Positions 28,991-44,156 of a stretch of DNA of 64,000 nt are shown here, piece by piece. The number at the start of each line of letters is the position of its first letter. The stretch's first letter is position 1. The position numbers were made by a program, and so were the translations under genes. Below the pieces are notes generated by a model that saw only the letters and a list, made by a program, of their open reading frames with translations, had not been told where the DNA came from and searched no databases. Source of the stretch: Eledone cirrhosa (taxonomy: Eukaryota); contig CAXHJY010000665.1 in assembly GCA_964016885.1 (NCBI GenBank), positions 1 through 64,000 on the forward strand, in the 5' to 3' direction.

Positions 28991-29399
28991 AAAGTTATAT
29001 TTAAATTGTTGGGTTGCAACTAGTAAATATTTATAACTGATATAAAAGCACTCAACAAGTATTTGGAGTATATTTACGATATTAAATAAATGGAAACTAT
29101 ATTTATAAAACCATATTTATTTCATTATATATATTTCAGGGATATCATATTAACAATATGTTATGCCTTCTTCAGACAAAATACAATATAGACAGTTTTA
29201 TAGATAAATAGATTTGACATACCGTTCAACATCGACTTGTATTTGAAAAAGTTAATTTGTCAAATCTATTTATCTATAAAACTGTCTATATTGTATTTTG
29301 TCTGAAGAAGGCATAACATATTGTTAATATGATATCCCTGAAATATATATAATGAAATAAATATGGTTTTATAAATATAGTTTCCATTTATTTAATATC

Positions 29400-29402
<3 letters not shown>
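28989..29402 (-). mobile_element. PLE-like fold-back element, family A variant
   Basis: Arms 29075-29219 and 29258-29402; HHRs at 29294-29359 (+) and 29118-29183 (-); tail 28989-29074. Confidence 0.82.
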
Positions 29403-29467
<65 letters not shown>

Positions 29468-29476
<9 letters not shown>

Positions 29477-30001
29477 TAAACAAATAATGAATAAACAATT
29501 CCTTATATTAAACAAAAAAAGTTCATTATTTAACGATCGTTTCTAGGGTATATATGTGTTATAATTGGTATGCATATTCAACAGATCTATGTACAAAATT
29601 ATACAAAATTATACAAATTATCAAGATTAAATATACATACCTAACACACATATACGCCGTCTTCATTATTTCTGAAGACGGCGTATATGTGTGTTAGGTA
29701 TGTATATTTAATCTTGATAATTTGTATAATTTTGTATAATTTTGTACATAGATCTGTTGAATATGCATACCAATTATAACACATATATACCCTAGAAACG
29801 ATCGTTAAATAATGAACTTTTTTTGTTTAATATAAGGAATTGTTTATTCATTATTTGTTTAATATTTTATCTTGACTCTGTATACCGCTTATCTTTCACC
29901 GAAAGTGGTCTTTCATTACATCTCTTCTTTCCATGATATCCGGAATACATTGAGTTCTTCATACGGATTGGACACTACCGTATACTCTTGGTAGATTTAT
30001 C

Positions 30002-30004
<3 letters not shown>
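29468..30004 (+). mobile_element. PLE-like fold-back element, family F (198-bp arms plus ~135-nt tail)
   Basis: Arms 29468-29665 and 29673-29870; TA flanks. Confidence 0.8.
29662..29816 (+). ncRNA. Type I HHR with ~116-nt stem II
   Basis: TTCATTATTT-CTGAAGA-[long hairpin]-GAAA-C-GATC-G-TT/AAATAATGAA (10-bp stem I). Confidence 0.75.
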
Positions 30005-30072
<68 letters not shown>

Positions 30073-31228
30073 GCACATACATATATTACCACAAACCCCA
30101 CGATACTTCATGACTACCACTCCGACGACACCATCACCTGCTCACATCAACAGCCTTACCATCATCTACCCCGTGAAACCACAAACACCCCACACAATAC
30201 CATCACCACCATTAAACCCTCCCACTCCAAGACACTCACACTACTACCCCCTTCTACGACACCACCACCTCATCACAGCAACAGTCTTACAATCATCTCC
30301 TCCGTGAAACCACCAACACTACAACACCACCCCACCACTACCACCACCACCACGACATCTTCTTCCCACATAACACCACCACTCCCCCCCCCTCACCCAA
30401 GACACCCCCACAACTCCACCTTCAACGACCCACCCCCTTTCCCAACGACACCACCATCTCAGTTTCGTACTGACTGGCAGAAAGAAAAGACCAACGTACG
30501 GAACACTTAAAAGTGATTCCTAAGATTTGTTGATTAGAAGGAAGACTCTAGTTGACATCACATACTTACCCCCTCTCTTCTGATGAACTCCCAACCCCGC
30601 CACCACTACCTCATATTCCTTCTATAATACCATCTTCACCTTCTCTCCCCCACACCCTCTTCTGTTAAACCCCCATCCTCCCTTCCCATCTTCCCTTCAA
30701 CCTCATCTATTCTCTACCTTCTTGTATCCCTTGACTTTTTCGTTCAAGATAAAAATCAGTTATATTTCCCCAAAGTTCTATATTTTTGATGTTGTTCGTA
30801 CTGTAGCTGTCGTGGTTGTTGCTGATGATGCTGATAGGTATGGAGTTGTTGTTGTTGTTGTTGTTGGTACTGTCGTTGTGGTTGTTGGTGATGGTGCTGA
30901 TAGAGTTGTGGTAATGGGCATGTAGTTGTTGTTGTTGGTACTGTTGGGATCAATGGTACTTGTGATGTTGTGTTTGAAATTGTTGTTTACTATTCATATC
31001 ATCTTTATATCATATATATGTGTGTGTGTGTATATATGTGTGTGTGTGCGTGTGTGTGTGTGTGTGTATGTGTGTGTGTGTGTGTATTAAGTTGTGTATA
31101 TATGTGTGCATATGTATATATGTATATAAGTATCATATATACCTTACATATATATATATATATATGTGTGTCTGTATATATATGTATATATACATATACA
31201 TATATACATATATACATATATACATATA

Positions 31229-31261
<33 letters not shown>

Positions 31262-31352
31262 ACATATATATATATATATACTTATATATATATATGTGTG
31301 TGTGTGTGTATATGTATATATACATATACATATATACATATATACACATATA

Positions 31353-31420
<68 letters not shown>

Positions 31421-31423
31421 TTC

Positions 31424-31454
<31 letters not shown>

Positions 31455-31492
31455 CATACATATATATATACATACACACACACACACATACA

Positions 31493-31563
<71 letters not shown>

Positions 31564-31928
31564 ATATATATTTGTATATATATATATGTATATATATATA
31601 CAGACCAGTTTTTTTTACGTATACTAAATATACAGTTGAGTTACTCAATTATACACACAACCCCATGTTGTTTCCAGAAGCCAAGATGGAGTAAGAAGCA
31701 TTAATAGTGACCACGTGACGGTGGTCTCTTAATGGAACGTCACAATATCCTTCACTGTAATGTAAACTGCGGAAGATGAAGTTTACATCACTAAATACAT
31801 ACGACTGTCCAATCAGTATATGAGGATACATGTAATTTTTTACTGCCTTTTACGATGTCTTTATATATCTTGTCTGTGTATGTTTCTATTTATCTGTCTA
31901 CCTATTTATTTATCTATCTATCTATCTT

Positions 31929-31980
<52 letters not shown>

Positions 31981-32063
31981 ACATTTTACACGTTTTTATT
32001 GTATGTAAACTTCCCCCTTTGTATTTGTCCCCTTCTTTTGTGCCCCTGTGGCTAATAAAGAAA
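31981..32063 (+). mobile_element. Tx1-like LINE 3' end in (CTAT)n
   Basis: TGTAAACTTCCCCCTTTGTATTTGTCCC...CCCCTGTGGCTAATAAAGAAAC matches 11351-11411; (CTAT)n on both sides. Confidence 0.8.
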
Positions 32064-32065
32064 CA

Positions 32066-32168
<103 letters not shown>

Positions 32169-32205
32169 TTATATGTCTGCTTGTCTGTCTATCATGTACA
32201 CACAA

Positions 32206-32309
<104 letters not shown>

Positions 32310-32383
32310 ATATTTATATACATACATGCAAACATAAATACATATACACAAACACACATACATAAACCCTCTATCTCTAAATT

Positions 32384-32506
<123 letters not shown>

Positions 32507-32551
32507 ATTTATATATATATATTTGAGTGGGAGTATATTTGTGTGTATATG

Positions 32552-32647
<96 letters not shown>

Positions 32648-32682
32648 ATATATATGAGTGTGAGTATATTTGTGTGTATATG

Positions 32683-32713
<31 letters not shown>

Positions 32714-32728
32714 GAGTGTGAGTATATT

Positions 32729-32787
<59 letters not shown>

Positions 32788-33194
32788 CCCTACATATCTC
32801 CATAGTCTTCTAATATCGTATCACATTAAGCTATAGTTTATAGTTTATAGTAGTTTATAATAGTTTAGTAGTTTACATAAACGCTGGACATATGAATTAT
32901 ATTCTACATTAACATTATGTATTTGTATATGTGGGTGGACGGGAAGTACGAGGAAACTACTCCCTGCAGTGTTAATGACTCCCACTAACAGGCTATAATG
33001 ACTTAAGGTACTCTTTCAATCTTTCATTCTTTCACTGCTTTCAATCATTTCACTGTGACTATGATGGGCCACCGCCTTTAAGGGGTTTTACGCGACCATA
33101 GCCCCCACCTTCACCATCCAGTACATGGTTATTCAAACTTGGTAGTTTTTTCTAAGATATTATTTTGTCGAACCTCCATATTACAGATTTGAAA

Positions 33195-33280
33195 ACACAT
33201 ACACCATATAAACAATATACATACTTACATACATAGACATATATACACGTATATACAAACATAGATTCGCTCACATGTGC

Positions 33281-33329
<49 letters not shown>

Positions 33330-33952
33330 TACACCATATAAACAATATACATACTTACTTACATAGACATATATACACGTATATACAAACATAGATTCGC
33401 TCACATGTGCATACATATAGACATACACATACACATACACATACACCATATAAACAATATATATACTTACTTACATAGACATATATACACGTATATACAA
33501 ACATAGATTCGCTCACATGTGCATACATATAGACATACACATACACATACACATACACCATATAAACAATATATATACTTACATACATAGACATATATAC
33601 ACGTATATACAAACATAGATTCGCTCACATGTGCATACATATAGACATACACATACACATACACATACACCATATAAACAATATATATACTTACATACAT
33701 AGACATATATACACGCATATACAAACATAGATTCGTTCACATGTGCATACACATACACATACACATACACCATATAAACAACATAAATACTTACATACAT
33801 AGACATATATACACGCATATACAAACATAGATTCGCTCACATGTGCATACACATACACATACACATACACATACACCATATAAACAATATACATACTTAC
33901 ATACATAGACATATATACACGCATATACAAACATAGATTCGTTCACATGTGC

Positions 33953-33989
<37 letters not shown>

Positions 33990-34070
33990 TACACCATATA
34001 AACAACATAAATACTTACATACATAGACATATATACACGCATATACAAACATAGATTCGCTCACATGTGC

Positions 34071-34113
<43 letters not shown>

Positions 34114-34680
34114 TACACCATATAAACTATATATATACTTACATACATAGACATATATACACGTATATACAAACATAGATTCGCTCACATGTGCATACAC
34201 ATACGCATACACATACACATACACATACACCATATAAACAATATATATACTCACATACATAGACATATATACACGTATATACAAACATAGATTCGCTCAC
34301 ATGTGCATACACATACACATACACATACACATACACCATATAAACAATATACATACTTACATACATAGACATATATACACGCATATACAAACATAGATTC
34401 GCTCACATGTGCATACACATACACATACACCATATAAACAATATACATACTTACATACATAGACATATATACACGTATATACAAACATAGATTCGCTCAC
34501 ATGTGCATACACATACACATACACATACATCATATAAACAATATACATACTTACATACATAGACATATATACACGCACATACAAACACAGATCCGCTCAC
34601 ATGTGCATACACAGATTCACACAAACCCCCACACACACACACACACACACACAAACCCAGATTCGCTCACATGTGGATAC
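33195..34680. repeat. ~95-130-bp minisatellite, about 13-14 units
   Basis: Constant core ...AAACATAGATTCGCTCACATGTGC with variable (ACACAT)n spacer. Confidence 0.92.
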
Positions 34681-34837
34681 ACAGACTCACACAAACCCAT
34701 ATACACACACACATACGCAATAACAAATATGTACATACATAGACATACACACACTAACAAACACACCTACACACAAACACATAGAGATACACACATACAC
34801 TCACTAACAAATATACAAGTAGCCAGTAGAAAAACCT

Positions 34838-36090
34838 AGAGACGTTGTAATTGAACGTTTAAAAACAGCATTAGAAAATAAAACACATTTAAGTTTACTG
34901 TTACAACATATGGACAAACACGAGAAATGACCATGGACAGAAAATTAACGTTTTTGTATAGTAACCTTGTGATGGAATTCATTGAAGAAGAATCACATCA
35001 TAAAGTAGACATGACATTTAACGAAAATTTTAAAAACATCCATTATTAGGGAGTGGAAATTCTTTCTAGGTTACTGCATTGGTTTTTGAAACAAATCAAA
35101 AGGCGAACTGCAAATATTTCACAATATTTCAAACGATCATTCGTTAGTTTCACAACAGAAACCAAGGAAAATGAACTACTTTCTTTCGGCATAACGTATT
35201 ACAAGAGGTTCTTTATAAAAAGACATTCATACACCAATATTTGAACTTTCATTCATGCCACCATTTATACACCAGATGGAATATTCCATGTTGCATGACA
35301 AAATGAAGATGTAGAATAATTGTTTCTACTATTGGCTCAAGGCCAGCAATTACCCAGTGCATTACTGGTACTTTATTTTATCGACCCCGTAAGGATGAAA
35401 GGCAAAGTTAACCTTGGCGGGATTTGAACTCAGAGTGGCAAGGGCCGTAACTCCATGCGTCAAAGCATGGCGTCCGACCCTCTACTGATACTGCCAATGT
35501 AGAATAATGGTGGATCCTGTACACTTTGTCTTGAGGAACTTGAGGTGTTCTTAAAGAACAAAAATATCTGTTAAATTTAATAGATGGCAGTATCAAAATT
35601 TAATAGATGGCTGGCAAAAACTGGTTATATATAAGCTCAGGACTCAGAGACAAATCCTTTAGGAGGATATTCCATTTGTCAGCCCCTATTTACCAAAGAT
35701 ATTGGTCACCATAAAGCCAAACTTGTCAACCTTTTTCCAAAGCACAAAAATGAAAGATCGAGTAAAATTAATCTCAAAGACCATTAGCAAGACCTAAAAG
35801 AAGAACCTTTAAAATTTACAACAGAAAATGATTTCGAATTTTCTGTTAAAGATTTTTCAGGTAGCAAATATGATATATGGAGTAATGACGGTTACTACGA
35901 TTTTCAAGCTTGTTATGAGATAAATATAGACAGTTCTTTAAAATAAATACATATATAAAGTGTAAAACAAAATAAATCTAATATATTGTATGGTCAATCA
36001 CGGTTGCAAAGAGGATTATATTGGTCATATAGGTAACTCTTTCTTTGAACGAGTCAGAGTACACACACTACAGATACAAAAAACTAGGAA
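34838..36090 (+). pseudogene. Degraded Penelope-like (Neptune-like) RT plus GIY-YIG ORF, interrupted by a SINE
   Basis: Frameshifted blocks YGQTREMTMDRK, YSNLVMEFIEE, WKFFLGYC (decayed FLDDC), FTTETKENEL, HQYLNFHSCH..TRWNIP, DIPFVSPY and NLIYCMVNHGCKEDYIGHIG..RVRVH (35975-36066). Confidence 0.75.
35315..35498 (-). mobile_element. ATT-tailed SINE inserted into the PLE pseudogene
   Basis: TSD ATGTAGAATAAT at 35309-35320 and 35497-35508. Confidence 0.92.
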
Positions 36091-36111
36091 CTAAACACTA
36101 CACACACACAT

Positions 36112-36164
<53 letters not shown>

Positions 36165-36671
36165 CGCGCGCGCACACAAGCACACACGCACACACACACA
36201 CGCATGCACGCCCAGACACACACACACACTCACACACACGCAGTCACACACGAATACAAGTTCCGACGTATGTCTACAAATCAATACATATGTGCATGTA
36301 TGGATGTATCTATGATTCTCTATCTCTCCCTCATACCCTCTCTCACTCCGGCGAGAGAGAGATGCATACACGCGTGCGTATATATATATATAAACTTTTT
36401 TTTTTGTCGTTTTGGAAGCCTCAACAATGCAGATGGGTAAATCTCCGGGTAACAGAATCCGATGGTGAAGAGAGAGATGTAAGGGAATGTAGAATGAAAT
36501 GTATAGTGTGTAGAGGAACGTAGAAAAGAGTGTAAAAAATAAAAATTATAGCACGAAATAGTGTTACTTTGGGAGAGATTTAATTTTCCCTATATTTCGG
36601 ATTCGTATCCATCAACTGGGGGGTTTTCCGGGGGTAAAGTTATCTGTCGGAGAGGAACGGTGTATATATAT

Positions 36672-36788
<117 letters not shown>

Positions 36789-36801
36789 TATATATGTATA
36801 T

Positions 36802-36838
<37 letters not shown>

Positions 36839-36862
36839 ATATATGGATATATATGTATATTA

Positions 36863-36906
<44 letters not shown>

Positions 36907-36947
36907 TCTATATTTATATATATATATATGGATATATATGTATATTA

Positions 36948-37119
<172 letters not shown>

Positions 37120-37154
37120 GGATATATATGTATATTATATATATATATATATAT

Positions 37155-37219
<65 letters not shown>

Positions 37220-37422
37220 TATGTGTTTGTGTGCATGCACTGAGTGTATTAAGATATCAACATATTCAATGTCTCATTTGAATAAAGAAATAGGTTTTAT
37301 GTAAATGAAGAAGTTGGCTGTAACGAGGATGGAATGGAGTTTAAACATATTCACATATCTGACACACGGCTATGTCTCAGTTAGGTGGCACCACACCTGT
37401 TATGGCGTCTCTCTCTCTCTCT

Positions 37423-37465
<43 letters not shown>

Positions 37466-37474
37466 TATACACAC

Positions 37475-37509
<35 letters not shown>

Positions 37510-37529
37510 ATGAAAAAAATTTTTTTTTT

Positions 37530-37892
37530 TGAACAGGGACAAAACAGAGAGGCAGTACAATAAATGTTTATTAATTTCACGCTCAGGAGAGTCGGGGGTA
37601 GGTGGGGGACGACGTTTCGGGCATAAGCCCTTCCTCAGGTGAGAAGTGTGTGGGAACAGAGTTCAAAAGGTGTGTAGGAGAGTGGTGGAGAGACATATAG
37701 CGAAAAAAGATAGGCAAAGAATCTTATACGGAAAAAAATGTATGGTAACAAAATCAAACAGAGGTAATGCGTGGAAGGAAAGACCAAGTGTGGGAAGGTG
37801 TGTAAAGTTCGGAGAAAGGTCACGGCGGATTAGATCGGGGTTGAGCCGGTTGTTAAGTTAAGTTCCAAGGATGGAAGCCGTGTGAGCGTGTA
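37530..37892 (-). mobile_element. PLE 3' end with minimal HHR (37606-37640)
   Basis: Minus strand AC-CTGAGGA-AGGGC-TTAT-GCCC-GAAA-CG-TC/GT, then AATAAA. Confidence 0.65.
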
Positions 37893-37943
37893 TTATATAT
37901 AATGAAAAAAAATATATAGATACATATAGATATGTATATATAT

Positions 37944-37973
<30 letters not shown>

Positions 37974-37974
<1 letters not shown>

Positions 37975-38237
37975 AGCAATGAGTTATTTAATTTGTTGGT
38001 TATTTAACAAATTTAGTTTATAACAGTTTCGAAGCACTCTACAAGTTTCTTCTGGAGTATAATAACGTTCTCATTGTTCTGTTTGATATAAACAGAACTT
38101 AAAACGATAAGTTCTTGTTTTGAATATGTCACTATCTGTAAAACAATGAGCGCGTACCAAAAACGTTGGAACTCTTGAAATATATATAATAAAATAAATA
38201 TGGTTTCATAAAGATAGATTCCATTTATTAATATTAT

Positions 38238-38240
<3 letters not shown>
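37974..38240. mobile_element. Family A rearranged copy (inverted tail plus decayed HHR)
   Basis: Tail reverse complement at 37974-38064; ...CTTGAAATATATATAATAAAATAAATATGG at ~38175-38205. Confidence 0.6.
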
Positions 38241-38300
<60 letters not shown>

Positions 38301-38396
38301 GGAGGTGAGTTTTATTGTAGTACAATGAAGCAAAAATATGTTGATTTAAAACTGCACTATTCACAAGTGTGTTTTAACCTTCATATCATGTCTCCC

Positions 38397-38467
38397 TATT
38401 TTATCTGACGAAAACGCAAATGTTATTGCATGATGATATTTGTTTTTGAAATGCGCATAATAAAATA
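38397..38467 (+). ncRNA. Type I HHR (family A-related element, 38298-38513)
   Basis: TATTTTAT-CTGACGA-[GCAAATGTTATT...GATGATATTTGT]-GAAA-T-GCGC-A-TA/ATAAAATA. Confidence 0.85.
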
Positions 38468-38511
38468 CATGGAACTCTTTTAACCATCTTTTGATCTTAT
38501 ATATTATATTT

Positions 38512-38547
<36 letters not shown>

Positions 38548-38663
38548 ACTAGAAATAGATTGACATATATGTAATGCTCGGATCTATTCATTGGAATCTT
38601 TGAGCTTATTCTACAGTGGATATGGCGCATGTCTCTCAGACATGACAACCCTTAATTTAATTT

Positions 38664-38755
<92 letters not shown>

Positions 38756-38756
38756 C

Positions 38757-38959
38757 GTAGGTCCCGGGTTGAGTCGGGGATAACCACAGTAAGTAAGGTA
38801 CTCAATATATGGCAGAGTAAACATTTTTTTATTTTATAGAAGGAGCTTCTACAGGACTAGTACTGTTTCATTCAGATGAAATCTTCAGGAAGCTCTGAAG
38901 ATTTCATCTGAATGAAACAGTACTAGTCCTGTAGAAGCTCCTTCTATAAAATAAAATAA

Positions 38960-38960
<1 letters not shown>
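38757..38960 (-). mobile_element. PLE-like fold-back element, family B
   Basis: Arms meet near 38890; tail 38757-38825; TA flanks. Confidence 0.8.
38843..38895 (-). ncRNA. Complete type I HHR
   Basis: GAGCTTC-CTGAAGA-T-TTCA-TC-TGAA-T-GAAA-CAG-TACTAGTC-CTG-TA/GAAGCTC. Confidence 0.88.
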
Positions 38961-39000
<40 letters not shown>

Positions 39001-39013
39001 CATACATACATAT

Positions 39014-39190
39014 ATGACGGGCCTCTGAAGTCTCCACCCATCAACCAAATTCCTCTCAAAAAAGAATACTCAGTGTTATATGTAAATAAGTAATAGCTTA
39101 GGCTTTGTTCAATGTGTAGCTTGGCAGGACTGAATGCCAAACTACGAGGTTGCATGGCGAAGTCATTAACCAGACAGCCATTTTGCGCCT
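39014..39190 (-). mobile_element. Decayed tRNA-SINE 5' part
   Basis: Minus strand begins AGGCGCAAAATGGCTGTCTGGTTAA (A-box-like) with a decayed B box. Confidence 0.35.
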
Positions 39191-39532
39191 GTTTGCCTGA
39201 AATTAATCCATTGATTGAGACATATTTCTAATTCATTTCTCAGTACTATTCTTACAATCTGAGCTGTTGGTGAGGTGGAATTAGGACCTAATTGGGAAAA
39301 TATATAAAATATATAAAAAGAAGGGAAAATAATGAACTTTATATTTTAAATTGTTTTCACTACATACTGTTTGAAGTGTCGTTCTTTTGAATTCATTTTG
39401 TAATGATTTGTTGGTGTTATTGTAAGGGTGTCTTTCTTACAGTTATTAATGCGTTGCTCAGGTGGTTGTGGTGGTGCTATGGTCGTTGATTTATAGTTTT
39501 GTGTTGTTTGGGGGCGTTGGTATTGTTATAAT

Positions 39533-39592
<60 letters not shown>

Positions 39593-39669
39593 ATAGTAGT
39601 AGTAGTAGTAGTAGTAGTAGTAGCAGTAGTAGTAGTAGCAGCAGCAGCAGCAGCAGCAGTATTAGCAGC

Positions 39670-39706
<37 letters not shown>

Positions 39707-40011
39707 ATAGTAGTAGTAGTAGTAGTAGTAGTAATAGTTATTGTTGTTCATGTTTATCTGCTGTTGTCTATTTGCAGTGTTAGTTTTTATGTTGCAGTTG
39801 TTGGTTATTGGTGGTGGTGTTGGGGGTCTGGAGTGTGCCGTGGATAAACCTCGTTGTCGATGAGATGTGGTCACGTGGCTGGTGCAATTGTTGTCATGTG
39901 ACCGCATCAGGGAACGTTGGTAAAACACTAGAGAACAAGAGTTCACTTAATAAACCTCTTATTCACACACAATCTCATGTAATTCGCATTCGTGTATACA
40001 ATTATGTACAC

Positions 40012-40076
<65 letters not shown>

Positions 40077-40083
40077 TAGATAG

Positions 40084-40119
<36 letters not shown>

Positions 40120-40412
40120 GTATATATATACACGCATACATACATAAATACATATGAGCCGTCACATAGACAGATAAATATAAATACACACACACACACA
40201 CACATATATATGTATATATTTGTATGTGAATGTTTGTTTGCGTGAATATATGTGTATATGTGAGTATATGTGTGTTTGTACGTGTGCCTGCGTATATGCA
40301 TATAATTAAAATTATTCCACGCCTACTAATAAATATTTTTGGTTGTATTTATAAGCGAACATACACAAATACACATAAACACACACACACATATATATAT
40401 ACACACACACAC

Positions 40413-40506
<94 letters not shown>

Positions 40507-40738
40507 TATTTTTGACCGTTGGTCAGTCAATGGCAACATTGGGGACCGAATAAATTAAATTAACCGATATAAAAGACACAGAAGCGAAAAGCGAAAACTA
40601 ACCAAACAGTGAGTGTGTTCTGTTATTAATTCTGGCAATATTACACAAATATGACCCTTCCCAAGTATAACAATATTTGTTTCGACACACGATTTCATAT
40701 CAAAAACCTCGCAAAACTATATATATATATATGTATAC

Positions 40739-40771
<33 letters not shown>

Positions 40772-40797
40772 TATAGATATATAGATATATACATATA

Positions 40798-41164
<367 letters not shown>

Positions 41165-41166
41165 AA

Positions 41167-41963
41167 ATAATTGTTTCTACGTTTGGCACAAGGCCAGAAA
41201 ATTACCCAGAGCATTACTGGTACTTTATTTTATCGACCCCGTAAGGATGAAAGGCAAAGTTAACCTGGGCGGGATTTATATAAAATAATAATAATACTTT
41301 TGGCACGAGGCAAGCAATTTGAAGGGAAGATGAAAGTCAATTAAATAAACTCCAGTGTGTTACTGGTTCTTCACCGTAAGGAGGACAAGCAAAGCTAACT
41401 TCGGTGGCATTTGAACTCAGAACGTAGAGGACCGTAACTATATATGGCAAAACATTTTGTACGACGCTCTATTGGTACTACAAATCTACCACCCTATATA
41501 AAACAATAATAACAAGTATAATTGTTTCTGCTTTTGGCACGAGGCCAGCAATTATTCCAGTGCATTACTGGTATTTATTTTATCGATCCCGTAAGGATGA
41601 AAGGCAAAGCTAACCTCGGCCAGATTTGAACTCAGGACGTAAAGGGCCATAACTCTATGCTGCAATGCATGGTGTCTGACGCTCTACCGATAGTGCAAAT
41701 CCAAGGAATAACAACAGCAATAATGACAATAATAATTATAGCACCAACAACAATAACGATAAATTAATTGTATCTATTTTTGGTACAAGGCCAGAAATTA
41801 TCACAGTGTATTACTGGTACGTTATTTTATCGATCCCGTAAGGATGAAAGGCAAAGTTAACCTTGGCGGGATTTGAACTCAGACTGTAAAGGGGCGTAAC
41901 TCTATGCTGCAAAGCATGGCACTCTACCGATACTGACCCTCTACCGATACTGCCAATCCACCA
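41167..41963 (-). mobile_element. Cluster of four ATT-tailed SINEs (41167-41277, 41291-41494, 41519-41703, 41765-41963)
   Basis: Repeated reverse-complement consensus; the second copy is an older variant with an internal insert. Confidence 0.85.
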
Positions 41964-42106
41964 TATTGAGGCCATGTATTTAACACCAAGCCGAGAGATT
42001 TAAATAAAACGGAACTAAAATAACGAAGAAGTATTCAATAAAATAAACTATGGAAGGACATAAAATAACAAAATACGAGAAGATACAATTAAAATAAATA
42101 ATAATA

Positions 42107-42618
42107 TCTCTATATATAAAACTGAGGATGTCTGTCTGTCTGTGTGTGAGTTTGAATCCCTAAAACTAGAGAAGCACCCAACCGACTGTTTTCAAACTTT
42201 TCACATGTAATACTTATATATCAGGGAGTGTTCTGAGCAAACAAATTTCAAATATTCAATGCCCTAGGGACCCCATTAGGCGATTTAGCGATCTCTCTCT
42301 ATAATTCTTAGTCTTTCTCTTTTTAGATAGATACATACATATAACGTCGCGCCCTTATAATATCTGTCTGTATGCCTGGCTGTCTGCTGCCTCCGGTTAT
42401 TCTGCCACCCTTGCTCAAGACAAATCTCACACTCATTCCCCAAACAGTTGGTAAGTGCACACAACTTCTTCCTCACGTTTTAAGCCAGTGTTACTTACTT
42501 ACGTACCACCAGACCCTTACTTCTTTGCCAGCCGTGGTTGTGGCAATACTAAGCTTAGCTAAGGCGGTTATATATTTCACAATACCTTATCCCGTGCAAC
42601 GCCGGGTACCACTGCTAG
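42107..42618 (+). mobile_element. Non-autonomous Helitron-like element
   Basis: A|TC start (TCTCTATATATAAAACTGAGGATGTCTGTCTG), subterminal hairpin CCCGTGCAACGCCGGG (42591-42606), end CTAG|T. Confidence 0.75.
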
Positions 42619-42958
42619 TATAAAATATAATAAATTATGTAAGAATACGAAAGAACGAAAAATGTTCACTTTATAGAGTTTGCAGTGTTGCACAATCTTC
42701 AGACTGATAAGCTGTTTATAGTGAAACAGATGTCCCAGATTTACTAAACCAGGCACTTCGTCTGATATAGAGAAAGATACACCTAATTAATTTCTTTTTA
42801 GCTGTACTTAATCCAGATCAACTCCATCCATATTCTTTTATTAGAAATGTTATGTTATAACACACACACTCATCTCTCGCCCTCTCTCACTCTCTCTCTC
42901 TAACTCTCTCTCTCTCTCTCTGTATATATATATATATATATATATATTTGTATGTGTG

Positions 42959-42991
<33 letters not shown>

Positions 42992-43327
42992 ATATATATG
43001 TATATATACACCACACACACACACGCAAACATCATATGGGTCTGTCCATCCAACGCTACACTTTATATGCTGGGGTGAGGCTAAGCTTTAGGCATGATGA
43101 TAAGTAGATTGGTTTGTGAATAGGTGGTAGGGTGGGTATATATGAGTGAAAAGTTTGTGAGTGTGTGTATCTGGCATAGCATGAGCCCTTAAATCATAAT
43201 GGAATCGTACAGTGTCGTTAGATACGTCATGTATAGGGCAGTTAAACCTGGTGGAGCTCAGCCCCTCCTCTTCGAAACTGATCACACCGGATTTCTTCCA
43301 GAGAGAAACAATGAGAGAATGGGGAAG

Positions 43328-43445
<118 letters not shown>

Positions 43446-43632
43446 TTAGAGCAAACATCACGGACGCTCTATCTCAAAATTATTTTTGAAAAGCATTAGA
43501 AATGCGCAACCGGTAAAACTTACAACCAAAACTGAATACTAACTAATACTACTATTATTACTAATTCTCACTTATTCCTAATTAAACTATTTTTCACTGT
43601 GAACAATTTGTCACCATTTTCTTTTCCGTTCA

Positions 43633-43717
<85 letters not shown>

Positions 43718-43722
<5 letters not shown>

Positions 43723-43858
43723 TACCAGCAATAGCTGGGAGTTTAACACTGCGATGGACTGGCATCCTGTCCAGGGGCGAGTCTTGCACTGTCAGTCGCT
43801 TCACGCCATGAAACCGGGATAAGCACCGGTAAAATGAGCCTTTTGGCTTAAGACAGAC

Positions 43859-43865
<7 letters not shown>
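43718..43865 (+). mobile_element. 3' half of the 466-719 SINE family
   Basis: GCGATGGACTGGCATCCTGTCCAGGGG...GGCTTAAGACAGA. Confidence 0.75.
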
Positions 43866-43928
<63 letters not shown>

Positions 43929-43931
<3 letters not shown>

Positions 43932-44156
43932 TGATATTAAATAAATGGAAACTATATTTATAAAACCATATTTATTCTATTATATATATTTCAAGGGTAC
44001 CAAAATAAATATAGAATAAATATGGTTTTATAAATATAGTTTCCATTTATTTAATATCAATGTATATTATACTCTAGTAAAACTGTTGAGTGCTCTAAAT
44101 CAGTTATAAACATTTATATTTGTTGAATTACCAACAAATTGAATATCCCTTCTGCT

